A stretch of 64,000 nucleotides of DNA from Comamonadaceae bacterium (GTDB taxonomy: Bacteria; Pseudomonadota; Gammaproteobacteria; Burkholderiales; Burkholderiaceae_C): NCBI GenBank assembly GCA_027486555.1, contig JAIXOX010000135.1, positions 2,802-66,801 of the forward strand. Direction: 5' to 3'. The notes under the pieces are model-generated. The model had not been told where the DNA came from, made no database searches, and saw only the letters and a list, made by a program, of their open reading frames with translations. The position numbers and the translations under genes are program-made. Shown here in pieces: positions 48,045 through 60,357 of this stretch (within the stretch, counting starts at the first letter, position 1; each line of letters starts with the position of its first letter).

Positions 48045-48965
48045 TCAAACCCAGTCCTTGGGCACGAGAAAGTGGCTGAGTAAGTGGGCTTCTGGTGTGC
48101 CAGGCTCGTCTTGGCGCTGGTACGACCAACGCACCTCGGGGGGCATGGACAGCAAGATCGACTCGGTGCGACCGCCGGACTGCAACCCAAAATGGGTGCC
48201 CCGATCCCACACCAGGTTGAACTCCACGTAGCGGCCACGACGGTAAAGCTGAAAGTCACGCTCATGTTCGCCATAGGCCAAGTCTTTGCGCCGCTGCACG
48301 ATGGGCATGTAGGCGCTGAGCAAAGCGTTGCCCACGCTTTGCATCATGGCAAAACTCTGGTCCATGCCCAGCTCTGAAAAATCGTCAAAGAAAATGCCAC
48401 CCACGCCGCGCTGCTCATGGCGGTGTTTGTTGCAAAAGTAATCGTCGCACCAAGTCTTGAAACGCGGGTGCAAAGCTTCGCCAAATGGAGACAAGGCCTC
48501 TTTGCAGGTCTGGTGGAAATGCACTGCATCTTCGTCAAAGCCGTAGTAAGGCGTCAGGTCCATGCCACCGCCAAACCAGGCCACAGGAGCCCTGCCCTCA
48601 GGCTTGGCTGCAATCATGCGAACGTTCATGTGCACGGTGGGCACATAGGGGTTGCGGGGATGGAACACCAAAGACACGCCCATGGCCTCAAATGCAGAAC
48701 CCGCCAATTCGGGGCGATGCTGCGTGGCCGATGGCGGCAGTTGTGGCCCCGTGACATGAGAAAAACCGCAACCGGCCCGCTCAAAAATGGGGCCACCCTC
48801 CAAAATTTGGGTGATGCCATTGCCCTGAAGCTTTTCACCGGGATCTTTTTTCCAAACATCGGTCAAAAAAGGCGTGCCATCCAGATCGGTCAAAGCCCCG
48901 GTGATGCGAGACTGCAAGTCCATCAGGTATTTTCTGACCGTGTCGAGTTCAAAACTGGTGCTCAT
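48045..48965 (-). CDS. hemF: Oxygen-dependent coproporphyrinogen III oxidase
   Basis: [47 protein letters not shown]. Confidence 0.96.
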   Translation of the reverse strand: MSTSFELDTVRKYLMDLQSRITGALTDLDGTPFLTDVWKKDPGEKLQGNGITQILEGGPIFERAGCGFSHVTGPQLPPSATQHRPELAGSAFEAMGVSLVFHPRNPYVPTVHMNVRMIAAKPEGRAPVAWFGGGMDLTPYYGFDEDAVHFHQTCKEALSPFGEALHPRFKTWCDDYFCNKHRHEQRGVGGIFFDDFSELGMDQSFAMMQSVGNALLSAYMPIVQRRKDLAYGEHERDFQLYRRGRYVEFNLVWDRGTHFGLQSGGRTESILLSMPPEVRWSYQRQDEPGTPEAHLLSHFLVPKDWV

Positions 48966-48988
48966 GGTGTGTGGTGTTTTTAAAAAAT

Positions 48989-49642
48989 TCAGGAATTTGC
49001 AGCGCTGACAGGCTTTGCCGATTCGGCGTTTGCAGGCGATCGCCACGGCATGATGGGTCCCATTTGGTGCTCATGGAAGCCTTTAACACCATCGAACTCA
49101 CGGGCCATGTGTGCGTAATCGTGCTCGAGCTGGCCGGTCAAGTGGTAAAAATTCACCACGCTAAAGCAGCGCTGCTGCCAATCGAGTTTGACCAAGGCCA
49201 AGGGCACTTTTGCACTCAAAGCCAGCTGGTAAAAATCACTTCGCCAGCCCGATGTATAACTTCGAGTGCCCTCTGGTGCCAGAACCAACCAGAGCAGTTG
49301 CTCATTGTGTTTGTGCTGATCAAACACATTCACCATTTGACCCACCGCGCCCTTGGGCGAGCTGCGGTCGATAGGAATGCCCCCAACCCAGCGCATCCAC
49401 ATCCCCAGCAGCGGCCATTTGAACAAGGCATCTTTGCCCCAAAAGTGGGCTGGAATGCCCAAGGCCCATTTGGCCAACATGCCAATCGGAAAGTCCCAGT
49501 TGCTGGTGTGCGGATACACAATGGCCACGCCCTGAAGGGTTGGAAACCCTTCAAAAACCAAACGCCACCCCAGTAATTTCAGGACCCAACGGGCCAAACG
49601 AGAGCCCTGAAATTGCACTGGATGGCGGATCGAATCAGGCAT
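48989..49642 (-). CDS. 1-acyl-sn-glycerol-3-phosphate acyltransferase-family protein
   Basis: PHTSNWD (HxxxxD), GGIPIDR, APEGTR. Confidence 0.88.
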   Translation of the reverse strand: MPDSIRHPVQFQGSRLARWVLKLLGWRLVFEGFPTLQGVAIVYPHTSNWDFPIGMLAKWALGIPAHFWGKDALFKWPLLGMWMRWVGGIPIDRSSPKGAVGQMVNVFDQHKHNEQLLWLVLAPEGTRSYTSGWRSDFYQLALSAKVPLALVKLDWQQRCFSVVNFYHLTGQLEHDYAHMAREFDGVKGFHEHQMGPIMPWRSPANAESAKPVSAANS

Positions 49643-49655
49643 GAAAAAAACTGCT

Positions 49656-50936
49656 TCAGTTTTTGATGGCTCGAAAACCAATGTCCCGGCGCATTTGCAT
49701 GCCGTCATAGACAATCGGACTGGCCGTTTGGTAGGCCTTTTGCTGCGCCAGTTTGACCGAATCGGCCAACGCAGTGACGCACAAAACACGCCCGCCAGAG
49801 GTCAGGATTTGCCCATCTTGTTCCGTTGTGCCCGCGTGAAAAACCATGGCCTCCTCACTGTCTTTGGGCAGCCCACTGATGACATCGCCTTTGCGCGGGT
49901 TGAGCGGATAGCCATCAGCGGCCATGACCACCCCCAAAGCCACGCGGCGGTCCCACTCCATGTCACAGGTGTCAAGACCTTGTGAAGTGGCCGCCAACAA
50001 GACTTCAAAGAAATCTGACTTCATGCGCATCAGGATAGGTTGGGTTTCAGGGTCACCCATGCGGCAATTGAATTCCAGCGTTTTGACACGCCCCTCCGGG
50101 TCAATCATCAGCCCGGCATACAAAAAGCCCGTGTAATTGATGCCATCCTTGTCCATGCCGCGAATGGTGGGCAAGATGACTTCGCGCATGGCGCGCGCAT
50201 GCACCTGGGCGGTCACCACTGGCGCAGGCGAGTAAGCCCCCATTCCGCCGGTGTTGGGACCTTCATCACCGTCGAGAAGGCGTTTATGGTCTTGGCTGGT
50301 GGCCAAAGCCGCCACATTTTTGCCATCACACAACACCATGAAACTGGCCTCTTCGCCTGTCAAAAATTCTTCAATCACCACCCGCGCGCCACCCGAGTTG
50401 TGAGCCACCCCCAATGCATTGTCCAGCAGCATGAAATCAATGGCTTGATGGGCTTGCGCCAATGTCATGGCCACGACCACCCCTTTTCCTGCAGCCAAGC
50501 CATCGGCTTTGACCACAATGGGAGCCCCCTTGCTGTCCACATAGGCATGGGCCAGACTGGCGTCGGTGAACGTTTCAAATTCAGCCGTTGGAATGCCGTG
50601 ACGGTGCATGAAGGCCTTTGAAAAAGCCTTGGAGCTTTCCAATTGAGCAGCAGCTTGGGTGGGGCCAAAAATGCGCAAAGCGTGCGCCCGAAAATCGTCC
50701 ACGATGCCCGCAGCCAATGGGGCCTCGGGACCGACCAGTGTCAAACCAATGCCTTGTTCGATCGCCCACTCGCGAAGTTGTTTCACATCAGTGATCGGCA
50801 CATTGATCAGCTGACTGTCTTTGGCTGTTCCCCCATTGCCCGGTGCGACAAAGACTTGCTGGACTTTGGGCGACTGGGCCAATTTCCACGCCATGGCGTG
50901 TTCACGTCCACCGCCGCCAACAACCAATACTTTCAT
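49656..50936 (-). CDS. purD: Phosphoribosylamine-glycine ligase
   Basis: GGGGREH, VGPEAPL, KADGLAAGKG, QDHKR, NTGGMG, GGRVL. Confidence 0.97.
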   Translation of the reverse strand: MKVLVVGGGGREHAMAWKLAQSPKVQQVFVAPGNGGTAKDSQLINVPITDVKQLREWAIEQGIGLTLVGPEAPLAAGIVDDFRAHALRIFGPTQAAAQLESSKAFSKAFMHRHGIPTAEFETFTDASLAHAYVDSKGAPIVVKADGLAAGKGVVVAMTLAQAHQAIDFMLLDNALGVAHNSGGARVVIEEFLTGEEASFMVLCDGKNVAALATSQDHKRLLDGDEGPNTGGMGAYSPAPVVTAQVHARAMREVILPTIRGMDKDGINYTGFLYAGLMIDPEGRVKTLEFNCRMGDPETQPILMRMKSDFFEVLLAATSQGLDTCDMEWDRRVALGVVMAADGYPLNPRKGDVISGLPKDSEEAMVFHAGTTEQDGQILTSGGRVLCVTALADSVKLAQQKAYQTASPIVYDGMQMRRDIGFRAIKN

Positions 50937-50945
50937 CAAACTTCC

Positions 50946-51671
50946 TTAATCTTCAAATTCTGCATTGTGGAAAACGTTTTGCACATCGTCCAAATCTTCC
51001 AATATATCCAATAGTTTTTGCATTTTGGCAGCTTCTTCGCCTGACAAAGTGATGGCATTTTCGGGACGCATGGTCACCTCCGCGATGTCCGCCACCAGTC
51101 CTGCCGCTTCCAAGGCGTTTTTCACAGATTCAAAGTCTGCATAGGCGGTCAAGACCTCAATGGCCCCCTCTTCATCGGTGATCACATCCTCGGCACCCGC
51201 CTCCAAGGCCACTTCCATGACCTTGTCTTCGTTCGTGCCGGGGGCGAAAATCAGCTGACCGCAGTGCTTGAACTGGAAAGCCACCGATCCATCGGTGCCC
51301 AAATTACCACCGTGCTTGTTCAATGCATGCCGCACCTCGGCCACCGTGCGCACTTTGTTGTCGGTCATGGTGTCCAAAATGATGGCCGCTCCGCCGATCC
51401 CATAACCCTCGTAACGTATTTCCTCGTAGCTGACACCTTCAAGATTGCCGGTGGCTTTGTCCACGTTGCGTTTGATGGTGTCGGCCGGCATGTTGGCTGC
51501 TTTGGCCTTTTCAATGGCCAGACGCAAACGGGGATTGGCACTGACATCACCACCACCGGTGCGCGCTGCCACCATGATTTCCCGGACCACACGGGTCCAA
51601 ATGCGCTGGCGTTTTTCGTCTTGACGCCCTTTGCGGTGCTGAATATTTGCCCATTTACTGTGGCCAGCCAT
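50946..51671 (-). CDS. yebC: YebC/PmpR-family protein
   Basis: [26 protein letters not shown]. Confidence 0.95.
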   Translation of the reverse strand: MAGHSKWANIQHRKGRQDEKRQRIWTRVVREIMVAARTGGGDVSANPRLRLAIEKAKAANMPADTIKRNVDKATGNLEGVSYEEIRYEGYGIGGAAIILDTMTDNKVRTVAEVRHALNKHGGNLGTDGSVAFQFKHCGQLIFAPGTNEDKVMEVALEAGAEDVITDEEGAIEVLTAYADFESVKNALEAAGLVADIAEVTMRPENAITLSGEEAAKMQKLLDILEDLDDVQNVFHNAEFED

Positions 51672-51742
51672 CTGGAATTCCTTGAATGTTGATTTAATCT
51701 ATAGCGAGGATTTTACTTTTCACAAGCGGGAGAATTTCAAAA

Positions 51743-53272
51743 ATGGCTGAACCTATGCTGATTGCACAAAACGCACAAGCTCAGTGCCACTTGTTGCCTG
51801 GTCTGTCAAACCGTCACGGCTTGATCACGGGCGCAACAGGCACTGGCAAAACAGTGACATTGCAAACCCTTGCAGAGAATTTTTCTCGTCTGGGTGTGCC
51901 AGTCTTCATGGCCGACGTCAAGGGCGATCTGACAGGCATCAGCCAGCCGGGCAAGATCGGTGAGAAACTGACCGCCATTCTCAAAGACCGTGGCATCCCC
52001 ATCCCAACGCCAAAGGCTTGCCCAACCGCTTTATGGGACGTTTTTGGCGAGAGCGGACACCCGGTGCGCGCCACCATCTCAGACATGGGCCCTCTGTTGT
52101 TGACGCGCATGTTGGGGCTCAACGACACACAGTCCGGGGTGCTCAATTTGGTGTTCAAAATAGCCGACGACAACGGCTTGCTGCTGCTGGACATGAAAGA
52201 CTTGCGTGCCATGTTGCAGTTTGTGGGCGAAAACGCCAAACAATTCACCACCGAATACGGCAACATCAGTGCCGCCAGCATCGGTGCCATTCAACGCGGT
52301 TTGCTGCAAATCGAAAGCCAAGGCGGTGACAAATTCTTTGGCGAGCCCATGCTCAACATTGAAGATTTCATGCAAACCGATGCACAGGGCTTGGGGTTTG
52401 TGAACATCCTTGCCGCAGACAAGTTGATGAACTCACCTCGTCTTTACGCCACCTTCTTGCTCTGGATGTTGTCGGAACTGTTCGAAGTGTTGCCCGAAAT
52501 TGGTGACCCGGAAAAGCCCAAACTGGTGTTCTTTTTTGACGAAGCACACTTGCTTTTCAAGGACGCCCCTGCGGCCTTGGTTGAACGGATTGAGCTTGTT
52601 GTGCGATTGGTACGTTCCAAAGGCGTGGGTGTGTATTTCGTCACTCAAAACCCTTTGGACATTCCCGACAGCGTGTTGGGCCAACTGGGCAATCGGGTTC
52701 AACACGCCTTGCGTGCCTTTACACCCAGAGATCAAAAAGCGGTAGCGGCCACCGCGCAGACCATGCGGCCCAAGAGCGGGCTGAACATCGAGGCGGCCAT
52801 CACGGAATTGGGGGTGGGCGAAGCCTTGGTGAGCCTTCTGGATGCCAAGGGGCGGCCCACCGAAACAGAACGTGTGTTTGTGATGCCACCGGCCAGCCAG
52901 TTGGGACCCATCACCCCGGAACAACGCCAAGTCCTGCTCCAAAGTTCATTGGTAGCAGGTATTTATGAACAGGCGCTTGATCGGGAATCCGCTTTTGAAA
53001 AAATCAAAGGTCAAAGTGCCTCGACCCCCAACAGTGCTGCAAACCCGACCCGAACGGGCGAACCAGCCCAAAGCGCTGAAAAAGAGTCCGGCGGCTTGAT
53101 GGGGAGCTTGTCTGACATTCTTTTCGGCAGCTCTGGCCCTCGGGGTGGGCAGCGTGATGGCGTCGCTCAATTGGTGGTGAAAAGCGCTGTTCGAACCGTT
53201 GGTTCAGCCATTGGCCGTGAAATTGTCCGTGGCGTTCTTGGTGGCCTGTTGGGTGGGAGCAGGCGCAGATAA
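51743..53272 (+). CDS. DUF853 / YjgR HerA-like ATPase
   Basis: [43 protein letters not shown]. Confidence 0.9.
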   Translation: MAEPMLIAQNAQAQCHLLPGLSNRHGLITGATGTGKTVTLQTLAENFSRLGVPVFMADVKGDLTGISQPGKIGEKLTAILKDRGIPIPTPKACPTALWDVFGESGHPVRATISDMGPLLLTRMLGLNDTQSGVLNLVFKIADDNGLLLLDMKDLRAMLQFVGENAKQFTTEYGNISAASIGAIQRGLLQIESQGGDKFFGEPMLNIEDFMQTDAQGLGFVNILAADKLMNSPRLYATFLLWMLSELFEVLPEIGDPEKPKLVFFFDEAHLLFKDAPAALVERIELVVRLVRSKGVGVYFVTQNPLDIPDSVLGQLGNRVQHALRAFTPRDQKAVAATAQTMRPKSGLNIEAAITELGVGEALVSLLDAKGRPTETERVFVMPPASQLGPITPEQRQVLLQSSLVAGIYEQALDRESAFEKIKGQSASTPNSAANPTRTGEPAQSAEKESGGLMGSLSDILFGSSGPRGGQRDGVAQLVVKSAVRTVGSAIGREIVRGVLGGLLGGSRRR

Positions 53273-53307
53273 GAAGATAAGGGCCTGCAGCGGATCAACT
53301 CCAGTCC

Positions 53308-53335
53308 AAAAAAAGGCCCATCAGGGCCTTTTTTT
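53308..53335. terminator. Bidirectional terminator between DUF853 and clpA
   Basis: A7-GGCCC-atca-GGGCC-T7. Confidence 0.85.
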
Positions 53336-53372
53336 GCACAGCCAGCCTGACAGCTGGCAAGGCCGTGCTGGG

Positions 53373-55706
53373 TTAGCTTGCAGTTGCCTCTTCAGGCTCG
53401 GCAGGCTCTGACCTCGATGCACGGCCTTCCTTTTTAGGCGTGGCAGAGATGTCCAGAAGCACCTCGTCTTTGGCATCAATGTCTACCGTCAATCGACCGC
53501 CGTCGGTCAAACGGCCAAACAGCAACTCATCGGCCAGAGCTTTTCGAATCGTGTCCTGAATCAAACGCTGCATCGGACGAGCCCCCATCAAAGGATCAAA
53601 GCCTTTTTTGCCCAAGAACTTGCGCAGGGCATCGGTGAAGGTGACCTCGACTTTCTTCTCGGCCAGTTGGGTCTCCAATTGCAGCAAGAACTTGTCCACC
53701 ACGCGCAAGATGATTTGTTCATCCAGCGGTTTGAAGCTGACCATGGCGTCTAGACGGTTGCGGAACTCAGGCGTGAAAAAGCGCTTGATGTCGGCCATTT
53801 CGTCCCCAGCCGCACGCGGGTTGGTAAAGCCAATGGTCGCCTTGTTCATGGTTTCGGCCCCTGCGTTGGTGGTCATGATGATGATCACGTTGCGGAAGTC
53901 GGCCTTGCGCCCATTGTTGTCAGTCAGCGTGCCATGGTCCATGACCTGCAGCAGCACGTTGAAGATGTCCGGATGGGCTTTTTCGATTTCGTCAAGCAAG
54001 AGGACGCAATGCGGCTTTTTGGTGACCGCCTCGGTCAATAAACCTCCTTGGTCAAAGCCCACATAGCCTGGAGGCGCACCAATCAGGCGGCTCACAGCAT
54101 GGCGTTCCATGTACTCGGACATGTCAAAACGGATGAGCTCAATGCCCATGATGTAGGCCAGTTGCTTGGCCGCTTCGGTCTTGCCCACGCCTGTGGGACC
54201 CGAGAACAGGAACGACCCAATGGGTTTGTCGGTCTTGCCCAAACCAGAGCGGGCCATCTTGACAGCGGAGGCCAAGACCTCGAGCGCTTTGTCCTGCCCA
54301 AACACCACCGACTTGAGATCGCGCTCAATGGTCTGCAACTTGCTGCGGTCGTCGTTGGACACGTTGGCTGGCGGAATGCGTGCGATCTTGGCAACAATGT
54401 CCTCGATCTCGGTTTTGCCAATGGTCTTTTTGCGCTTGGATGCCACCAAAATACGTTGGGCAGCTCCGGCCTCGTCAATCACATCAATCGCCTTGTCTGG
54501 CAATTGGCGATCGTTGATGAACTTGGCCGACAACTCAGCTGCCGCCTGCAATGCGGCAATGGTGTACTTGACACTGTGGTGGTCTTCAAAACGGCTCTTG
54601 AGGCCTTTGAGAATGTCCACCGTCTCGGACACCGTGGGTTCAACCACATCCACTTTCTGAAAACGCCGCGAAAGGGCCGCGTCTTTTTCAAAAATGCCAC
54701 GGTACTCGGTGAAGGTCGTGGCACCAATGCATTTGAGCTGACCACTGGACAGGGCCGGTTTGAGCAGGTTGGAAGCGTCGAGCGTCCCGCCTGAGGCAGC
54801 ACCTGCACCAATCAAGGTGTGAATTTCGTCAATGAAAAGAATCGCGTGCGGTTTGTCCTTGAGCGACTTGAGAACGCCTTTGAGGCGTTGCTCGAAATCA
54901 CCACGGTATTTGGTGCCCGCCAACAAAGCGCCCATGTCGAGCGAGTAAACCTGTGCTTCAGCCAGGATTTCCGGCACAGTGCCTTGGGTAATGCGCCAAG
55001 CCAAACCCTCGGCAATGGCCGTTTTACCCACACCGGCTTCACCCACCAAAAGCGGGTTGTTTTTGCGGCGGCGGCACAAAATTTGAATGGTGCGCTCTAC
55101 CTCGTACTCTCGACCGATCAAAGGATCAATTTTTCCCTCTTTGGCCGCTTGGTTGAGGTTGTTGGTGAACTGCTCGAGAGGCGAAGCTTTCTCGTTTCTC
55201 TCGCCTCCCGTGGATTCTTCGGCATCGGAATTGGAGGGTGCATCCGATTTGGCCGCTTCCGGTGGATCGGTTTTGCGGATACCGTGGGCGATGAAGTTGA
55301 CCACATCCAAGCGCGTGATGCCCTGCTGGTGCAGGTAATACACCGCATGAGAATCCTTTTCTCCAAAGATGGCCACGAGGACATTGGCCCCGGTCACTTC
55401 TTTTTTGCCATTGCCGGTCGATTGCACATGCATGATGGCACGTTGAATGACCCGCTGAAACCCGAGTGTTGGCTGGGTGTCCACCTCTTCGATTCCGGCC
55501 ACCTGAGGGGTGTTGTCCTTGATGAAATTACCCAATGCTTTTCGCAAATCATCGATATTGGCTGCACAGGCACGCAAAACTTCTGCTGCACTGGGGTTAT
55601 CGAGCAATGCCAAGAGCAAATGTTCGACCGTGATGAATTCGTGGCGTTGCTGCCGAGCCTCAACAAAGGCCATGTGCAGACTGACTTCCAATTCTTGGGC
55701 AATCAT
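53373..55706 (-). CDS. clpA: ATP-dependent Clp protease ATP-binding subunit ClpA
   Basis: N-domain [10 protein letters not shown]; two AAA modules GEAGVGKT and GPTGVGKT. Confidence 0.97.
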   Translation of the reverse strand: MIAQELEVSLHMAFVEARQQRHEFITVEHLLLALLDNPSAAEVLRACAANIDDLRKALGNFIKDNTPQVAGIEEVDTQPTLGFQRVIQRAIMHVQSTGNGKKEVTGANVLVAIFGEKDSHAVYYLHQQGITRLDVVNFIAHGIRKTDPPEAAKSDAPSNSDAEESTGGERNEKASPLEQFTNNLNQAAKEGKIDPLIGREYEVERTIQILCRRRKNNPLLVGEAGVGKTAIAEGLAWRITQGTVPEILAEAQVYSLDMGALLAGTKYRGDFEQRLKGVLKSLKDKPHAILFIDEIHTLIGAGAASGGTLDASNLLKPALSSGQLKCIGATTFTEYRGIFEKDAALSRRFQKVDVVEPTVSETVDILKGLKSRFEDHHSVKYTIAALQAAAELSAKFINDRQLPDKAIDVIDEAGAAQRILVASKRKKTIGKTEIEDIVAKIARIPPANVSNDDRSKLQTIERDLKSVVFGQDKALEVLASAVKMARSGLGKTDKPIGSFLFSGPTGVGKTEAAKQLAYIMGIELIRFDMSEYMERHAVSRLIGAPPGYVGFDQGGLLTEAVTKKPHCVLLLDEIEKAHPDIFNVLLQVMDHGTLTDNNGRKADFRNVIIIMTTNAGAETMNKATIGFTNPRAAGDEMADIKRFFTPEFRNRLDAMVSFKPLDEQIILRVVDKFLLQLETQLAEKKVEVTFTDALRKFLGKKGFDPLMGARPMQRLIQDTIRKALADELLFGRLTDGGRLTVDIDAKDEVLLDISATPKKEGRASRSEPAEPEEATAS

Positions 55707-55777
55707 GTGATTTCCTTATGCCTTGCTGAGAGATTGATTGGGGATTGGTGAGAGTGAAATATGGGGAACATGCACAG

Positions 55778-56137
55778 TTATTCAATGGGCTCGCTGACAC
55801 ATTGCAGGGGATGCCCTGCCTGTTTGGCCGCTTCTAGAACTTGATCAACTTTGGTTGCGGCCACATCGCGTGAATAAACCCCGCAAATGCCTTTTCCATC
55901 CAAATGGATTTTGAGCATGATCTGAGTAGCAGCTTCGCGGTCTTTGCTGAAAAACTCCTGAATCACCATCACCACAAATTCCATGGGTGTGTAGTCGTCA
56001 TTGAGCATCGCCACCTGATACATCTGGGGCGGTTCAATTTTTTGGGCGCGTCGCTCAAGCACGACCGAATCACCGCCATCGGGCGTTCGGGGTGTCAAGG
56101 TCGGCAGCGTGGGGTTCACATTTTTTTTCGTTGCCAT
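55778..56137 (-). CDS. clpS: ClpS adaptor
   Basis: [23 protein letters not shown]. Confidence 0.95.
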   Translation of the reverse strand: MATKKNVNPTLPTLTPRTPDGGDSVVLERRAQKIEPPQMYQVAMLNDDYTPMEFVVMVIQEFFSKDREAATQIMLKIHLDGKGICGVYSRDVAATKVDQVLEAAKQAGHPLQCVSEPIE

Positions 56138-56293
56138 GATTTCATTCTATCGAGGCTTTCAAGTCCTTTAAGGTCAAGGCTTGAAAAGTCTTGCCAATGA
56201 AAACCCCAAGAGAAGCCTCGGGAAAACCTTACATTGACAAAACTGGTGGTAATTACTCAAACTGATAGCCATAAAAGCACAAGGAGACATCGC

Positions 56294-56554
56294 ATGCCTA
56301 CAGGCACGGTCAAATGGTTCAACGATGCCAAAGGTTTTGGCTTTATCCAGCCTGATGGGGGTGGGCCTGATGCTTTTGCTCACTTTTCGGCCATTCAAGC
56401 CGAAGGATTCAAGAGTTTGAAAGAAGGTGCGAGGGTCAGATTTTCCTTGACCGAAGGTGCCAAAGGCATGATGGCCACGGACATCAACACCGACACCCCT
56501 TCTGAAGCACCTGCTGACAGCACAAGCATGGACAATCTGCACACAGCGCCGTGA
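56294..56554 (+). CDS. cspD: Cold-shock domain protein (CspD-like)
   Basis: [22 protein letters not shown]; divergent from clpS. Confidence 0.88.
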   Translation: MPTGTVKWFNDAKGFGFIQPDGGGPDAFAHFSAIQAEGFKSLKEGARVRFSLTEGAKGMMATDINTDTPSEAPADSTSMDNLHTAP

Positions 56555-56605
56555 CTGCTTTATCCTCTGCGCTTGGCCAACAACGGCCAGTCACATCGAT
56601 ACACC

Positions 56606-57130
56606 ATGAAGTTCACCTCTTTGTTTGCTCCCCTTTTGACGTGCTTGCAACGCCAATTGCCTCTTGAACACCATTTCAAATCGCTGTGCCGAAGCGCATC
56701 TGTCTTTGTGCTGGGTACGGCTTTGTCCTTGAATGCCATGTCCCAGCAAGCACCCCAATTGCAATTGCCCCGAACCAAGCTCAGCGCAGGCATGCACATG
56801 CTCGATGTTCAGTTGGCTCAAACACCCGAACAACGCCAAACTGGCCTGATGTGGCGCAAGGACATGCCCCAACACGAGGGCATGCTGTTTGTCTTTGAGC
56901 AAGCCACAACGCAGTGCTTTTGGATGCGCAACACGCTGATTCCCCTGTCAGCAGCTTTTTTGTCCGACGACGGGACCATCGTGAACATCGCTGAGATGAA
57001 ACCCCAAAGCGATGATTCGCATTGCTCAGAAAAACCCGTCCGCTTTGTCTTGGAAATGAACGCAGGTTGGTTTGCCAAGCGGCAACTCAAGGCAGGTTAC
57101 CAACTGAGCGGCACTGTTTTCAAGCGCTGA
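56606..57130 (+). CDS. DUF192-family protein; start uncertain
   Basis: AQTPEQRQTGLM, GMLFVF, FWMRNT, VLEMNAG. Confidence 0.85.
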   Translation: MKFTSLFAPLLTCLQRQLPLEHHFKSLCRSASVFVLGTALSLNAMSQQAPQLQLPRTKLSAGMHMLDVQLAQTPEQRQTGLMWRKDMPQHEGMLFVFEQATTQCFWMRNTLIPLSAAFLSDDGTIVNIAEMKPQSDDSHCSEKPVRFVLEMNAGWFAKRQLKAGYQLSGTVFKR

Positions 57131-57147
57131 GCCAGCGGTTTTAATGT

Positions 57148-57489
57148 TCAAACCCCCCAAACCAGGTCTGCATTTTCAGCCATACACCGTTTGAGGGTTT
57201 GAAGCATGGGGGCGGCACGTTGGCTGAAAAGCACTGCCTCCACCAATGCACCGTCTTCTGAGTTGTCCAAGCCAGAGCTCTTGTCTTGAAGCCGGTCTTT
57301 TGCCACAGCGTCTTGGGCCGATTCCTGCGCCAAGGCGGACTCGAGTTTTGCGATCGTGGCAGGCAGATCTTTCGCCAACACAATGCCCTTGACCGGATCA
57401 TCGCCCAACATCATTTTCAGCAAAACGCGCGCGTCGGGCTCCAACATGATGAGATCACTGGTGGCTTTGGATTTGAACTTGAACAACAT
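57148..57489 (-). CDS. DUF1840-family protein
   Basis: MLFKFKSKATSDLIML, GIV, QRAAP, ADLVWGV. Confidence 0.8.
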   Translation of the reverse strand: MLFKFKSKATSDLIMLEPDARVLLKMMLGDDPVKGIVLAKDLPATIAKLESALAQESAQDAVAKDRLQDKSSGLDNSEDGALVEAVLFSQRAAPMLQTLKRCMAENADLVWGV

Positions 57490-57512
57490 AGGCAGCTCCG
57501 TGAGGTGAACAT

Positions 57513-57863
57513 TCAGCGACCTACCGTCTCCACACCTTCGTCGTCAACGGCATCGCCCTGAATCAAGGCCTTGAGTTTATGGCTGGCATGGAACGTTGCG
57601 ACACGACGTGCATCAATGGGAATCAATTCTCCTGTGCGTGGATTTCGCCCAGGGCGCGCAGCTTTGGTGCGAATTTGAAAATTTCCAAAGCCAGAAATCT
57701 TGACATCGTGACCCGAAATCAAGCTGTCCACCACCAGATCAAAAAAAGCATCGACCATGTCCTTGGACTCGCGCTTGTTCAAACCGATTTGTTCAAACAA
57801 CAAATCGGACAGCTGAGCCTTGGTCAAGGCGGGGGTCTCCAATGTTTCAAAGCTGATTTGCAT
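57513..57863 (-). CDS. ihfA: Integration host factor alpha
   Basis: [24 protein letters not shown]; directly after pheT. Confidence 0.95.
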   Translation of the reverse strand: MQISFETLETPALTKAQLSDLLFEQIGLNKRESKDMVDAFFDLVVDSLISGHDVKISGFGNFQIRTKAARPGRNPRTGELIPIDARRVATFHASHKLKALIQGDAVDDEGVETVGR

Positions 57864-57893
57864 GACCGTGTTCCGAAGTGGTTTGACAGTGCA

Positions 57894-60323
57894 TCAGCTG
57901 CGCAGCCGCGCTGACAAATCTGAGGCCAGCTGCGCCATCACGGCCTGCATGACCGGCTCGATTTGAACATCGGTCAAGGTGGATTCCTCGCTTTGCAAGC
58001 TCAATCGAACCGCCAGACTCTTCTCGCTTGCAGCCAGGCCGCCAGTCGATTCGGCTTTGGGGCGATAAATGTCAAACAACACCGCATCGCGCAGCAAACC
58101 CTGGGTGGGTGCTGCGTGGATGGCCGCCATCAATTGGCCATGTGTGACGTGCTCTGCGACGATGACCGCGATGTCTCGCTCCACTGACTGGTGTTTTGCC
58201 ACCGCATGTGCCTCAGGCACAACGCGTGCAATGACCGAATCCAGCGACAACTCAAACACCACAGGCGCACTGTTCAGCTCCCAAGACTGTCGCCAGCGGG
58301 GGTGCAACTCACCCACATGGCCGATGACAACGCCATCCAGCAGCACTTGTGCAGAGCGGCCCGGGTGCAAGGCAGGGTGTTCGGCAGCCACAAATTCAGC
58401 TTTGCGCGGGGCCAGCAGCTTTTCCACATCGGCCTTGACATCGTAAAAATCAACATGGCGGGCCTTGCCCTGCCAGCCCAAAGGCTCCTGTGGGCCCCAA
58501 GCCATACCCGACACGCGCATGGGCTGGTCAAAGCCTTCAACCGACGTGTCAGTGCTTTGCACGGCCGCATTGCGCAAAAACACCCGCCCCAGTTCGAACA
58601 CGCGCACGCGGTCAGCTTTGCGGTCGGCGTTGAACTTGACCACCTGCAGCAAAGAACCGATCAGGCTCGAGCGCATCACGCTCATCTGGCTGGCAATCGG
58701 GTTGAGCAGGCGGATCGGGTTGGCATTGCCAGCAAGGTCTTTTTCCCAAGACTCTTCGACAAAGCTGTAGTTGATGGTTTCCTGGTAACCCAGGGCCGCA
58801 ATGGCGCGGCGCACAGCAGAAGGGCTGCGCTCGGTCTCTGGGCGCACCTTGGCGGTGATGGGCGCCAGCGGTGGGTTGGTGGGCAGCTTGTTGTAACCCA
58901 CCATGCGGGCCACTTCCTCGATCAGGTCCTCTTCAATCTGCAGGTCAAAGCGGAAGCTGGGCGGCGTCACGGTGACGGTGCCATCGCCTTCAGCCACTTG
59001 CAAGCCCAGACCGCGCAGGGCGTCGGCGCACTGCTGCTGGGTCAAAGGCATGCCAATCACCTTGACCGCACGGGCCACGCGCAGCGTGACGGGCGTGATC
59101 GCTGGCATGTTCAGAATCTGGTCGTCGATGGGGCCGACTAGGGTCTCGGGCGAGCCGCAAATGTCTAGCACCAACTGGGTGATGTGCTCGATGTGCTCCA
59201 CCGTCAGCTGCGGGTCCACACCGCGCTCAAAACGGTGACCGGCGTCGGTCGAAAAGTTGAAGCGGCGCGAACGGCCGGCAATCGAGGTGGGCCACCAAAA
59301 AGCGGCTTCGATGTAAATGTTTTGCGTGTCGTCGGACACGGCTGTGGCGTCGCCACCCATGATGCCCGCCAAGGACTCGACCTGGCTGTCATCGGCGATC
59401 ACGCCCACTTTGTCATCCACAGTCACGGTGTTGCCGTTGAGCAGTTTGAGCGTTTCACCCGCCTGACCCCAACGCACTTGCAGGCCTCCGTGGATTTTGT
59501 CAAGGTCAAAAATGTGCGAGGGACGGCCGAACTCGAACATCACGTAGTTGGAAATGTCCACCAGCGGGCTCACGCTGCGCTGGCCGCAACGCGCCAGACG
59601 GTCCACCATCCACTGAGGGGTTTGCGCCTTCGTGTTCACGCCCTTGACCACACGGCCACTGAAACGGCCGCACAAGTCGCTGGCCAATACTTTCACCGCC
59701 AGCTTGTCGCTGACTTGGGAAGCCACAGCCGGGAAAGCCGGGGCCTTCAAAGGCGCGCCGGTCAAGGCCGACACCTCGCGGGCGATGCCGTACACGCTCA
59801 AGCAGTGCGCCAAATTGGGCGTGAGCTTGAGCGTCATCAGGGTGTCGTCCAGATTCAAATACTGGCGAATGTCCTGACCTAAAGGGGCGTCAGCGGGCAA
59901 CTCCAGCAGGCCGCCATGGTCATCGGCGATCTTCAGCTCTTTGGCCGAGCACAACATGCCCTGGCTTTCCACGCCACGCAATTTGCCGACCTTGATGACG
60001 AACGGCTTGCCGTCTTCGCCAGGGGGCAATTCAGCGCCCACCATGGCGCAGGGCACGCGGATGCCCACGCGGGCGTTGGGCGCACCACAAACAATGTTCA
60101 GCAAAGCGCCCTGCCCCACATCCACTTGGCAAACGCGCAAGCGGTCGGCGTTGGGGTGTTGCACGGCCTCCTTGATTTCACCGACCACGATTTTTGTGAA
60201 GGGCGGGGCCACAGGCTCGAGCTCTTCCACTTCGAGGCCTGCCATGGTCAGGGTGTCGGCCAGTTGCTGGGTCGTCAGGGGCGGGTTGCAGAACTCGCGC
60301 AACCAGGATTCGGGGAATTGCAT
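57894..60323 (-). CDS. pheT: Phenylalanine-tRNA ligase beta subunit
   Basis: HPNADRL, TPN.AHCLS, RFERGVDP, DLIEEVAR, FDX-ACB tail. Confidence 0.97.
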   Translation of the reverse strand: MQFPESWLREFCNPPLTTQQLADTLTMAGLEVEELEPVAPPFTKIVVGEIKEAVQHPNADRLRVCQVDVGQGALLNIVCGAPNARVGIRVPCAMVGAELPPGEDGKPFVIKVGKLRGVESQGMLCSAKELKIADDHGGLLELPADAPLGQDIRQYLNLDDTLMTLKLTPNLAHCLSVYGIAREVSALTGAPLKAPAFPAVASQVSDKLAVKVLASDLCGRFSGRVVKGVNTKAQTPQWMVDRLARCGQRSVSPLVDISNYVMFEFGRPSHIFDLDKIHGGLQVRWGQAGETLKLLNGNTVTVDDKVGVIADDSQVESLAGIMGGDATAVSDDTQNIYIEAAFWWPTSIAGRSRRFNFSTDAGHRFERGVDPQLTVEHIEHITQLVLDICGSPETLVGPIDDQILNMPAITPVTLRVARAVKVIGMPLTQQQCADALRGLGLQVAEGDGTVTVTPPSFRFDLQIEEDLIEEVARMVGYNKLPTNPPLAPITAKVRPETERSPSAVRRAIAALGYQETINYSFVEESWEKDLAGNANPIRLLNPIASQMSVMRSSLIGSLLQVVKFNADRKADRVRVFELGRVFLRNAAVQSTDTSVEGFDQPMRVSGMAWGPQEPLGWQGKARHVDFYDVKADVEKLLAPRKAEFVAAEHPALHPGRSAQVLLDGVVIGHVGELHPRWRQSWELNSAPVVFELSLDSVIARVVPEAHAVAKHQSVERDIAVIVAEHVTHGQLMAAIHAAPTQGLLRDAVLFDIYRPKAESTGGLAASEKSLAVRLSLQSEESTLTDVQIEPVMQAVMAQLASDLSARLRS

Positions 60324-60357
60324 GACTCGTGTCTCGTGTATCGGACTTGGGAGGGAA

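Noticed and set aside
57490-57512. Absence of the MerR-family gene that often follows ihfA, and of tolQRA beside tolB
   Set aside because: Gene-order variation only; nothing in the window suggests a lesion or remnant.
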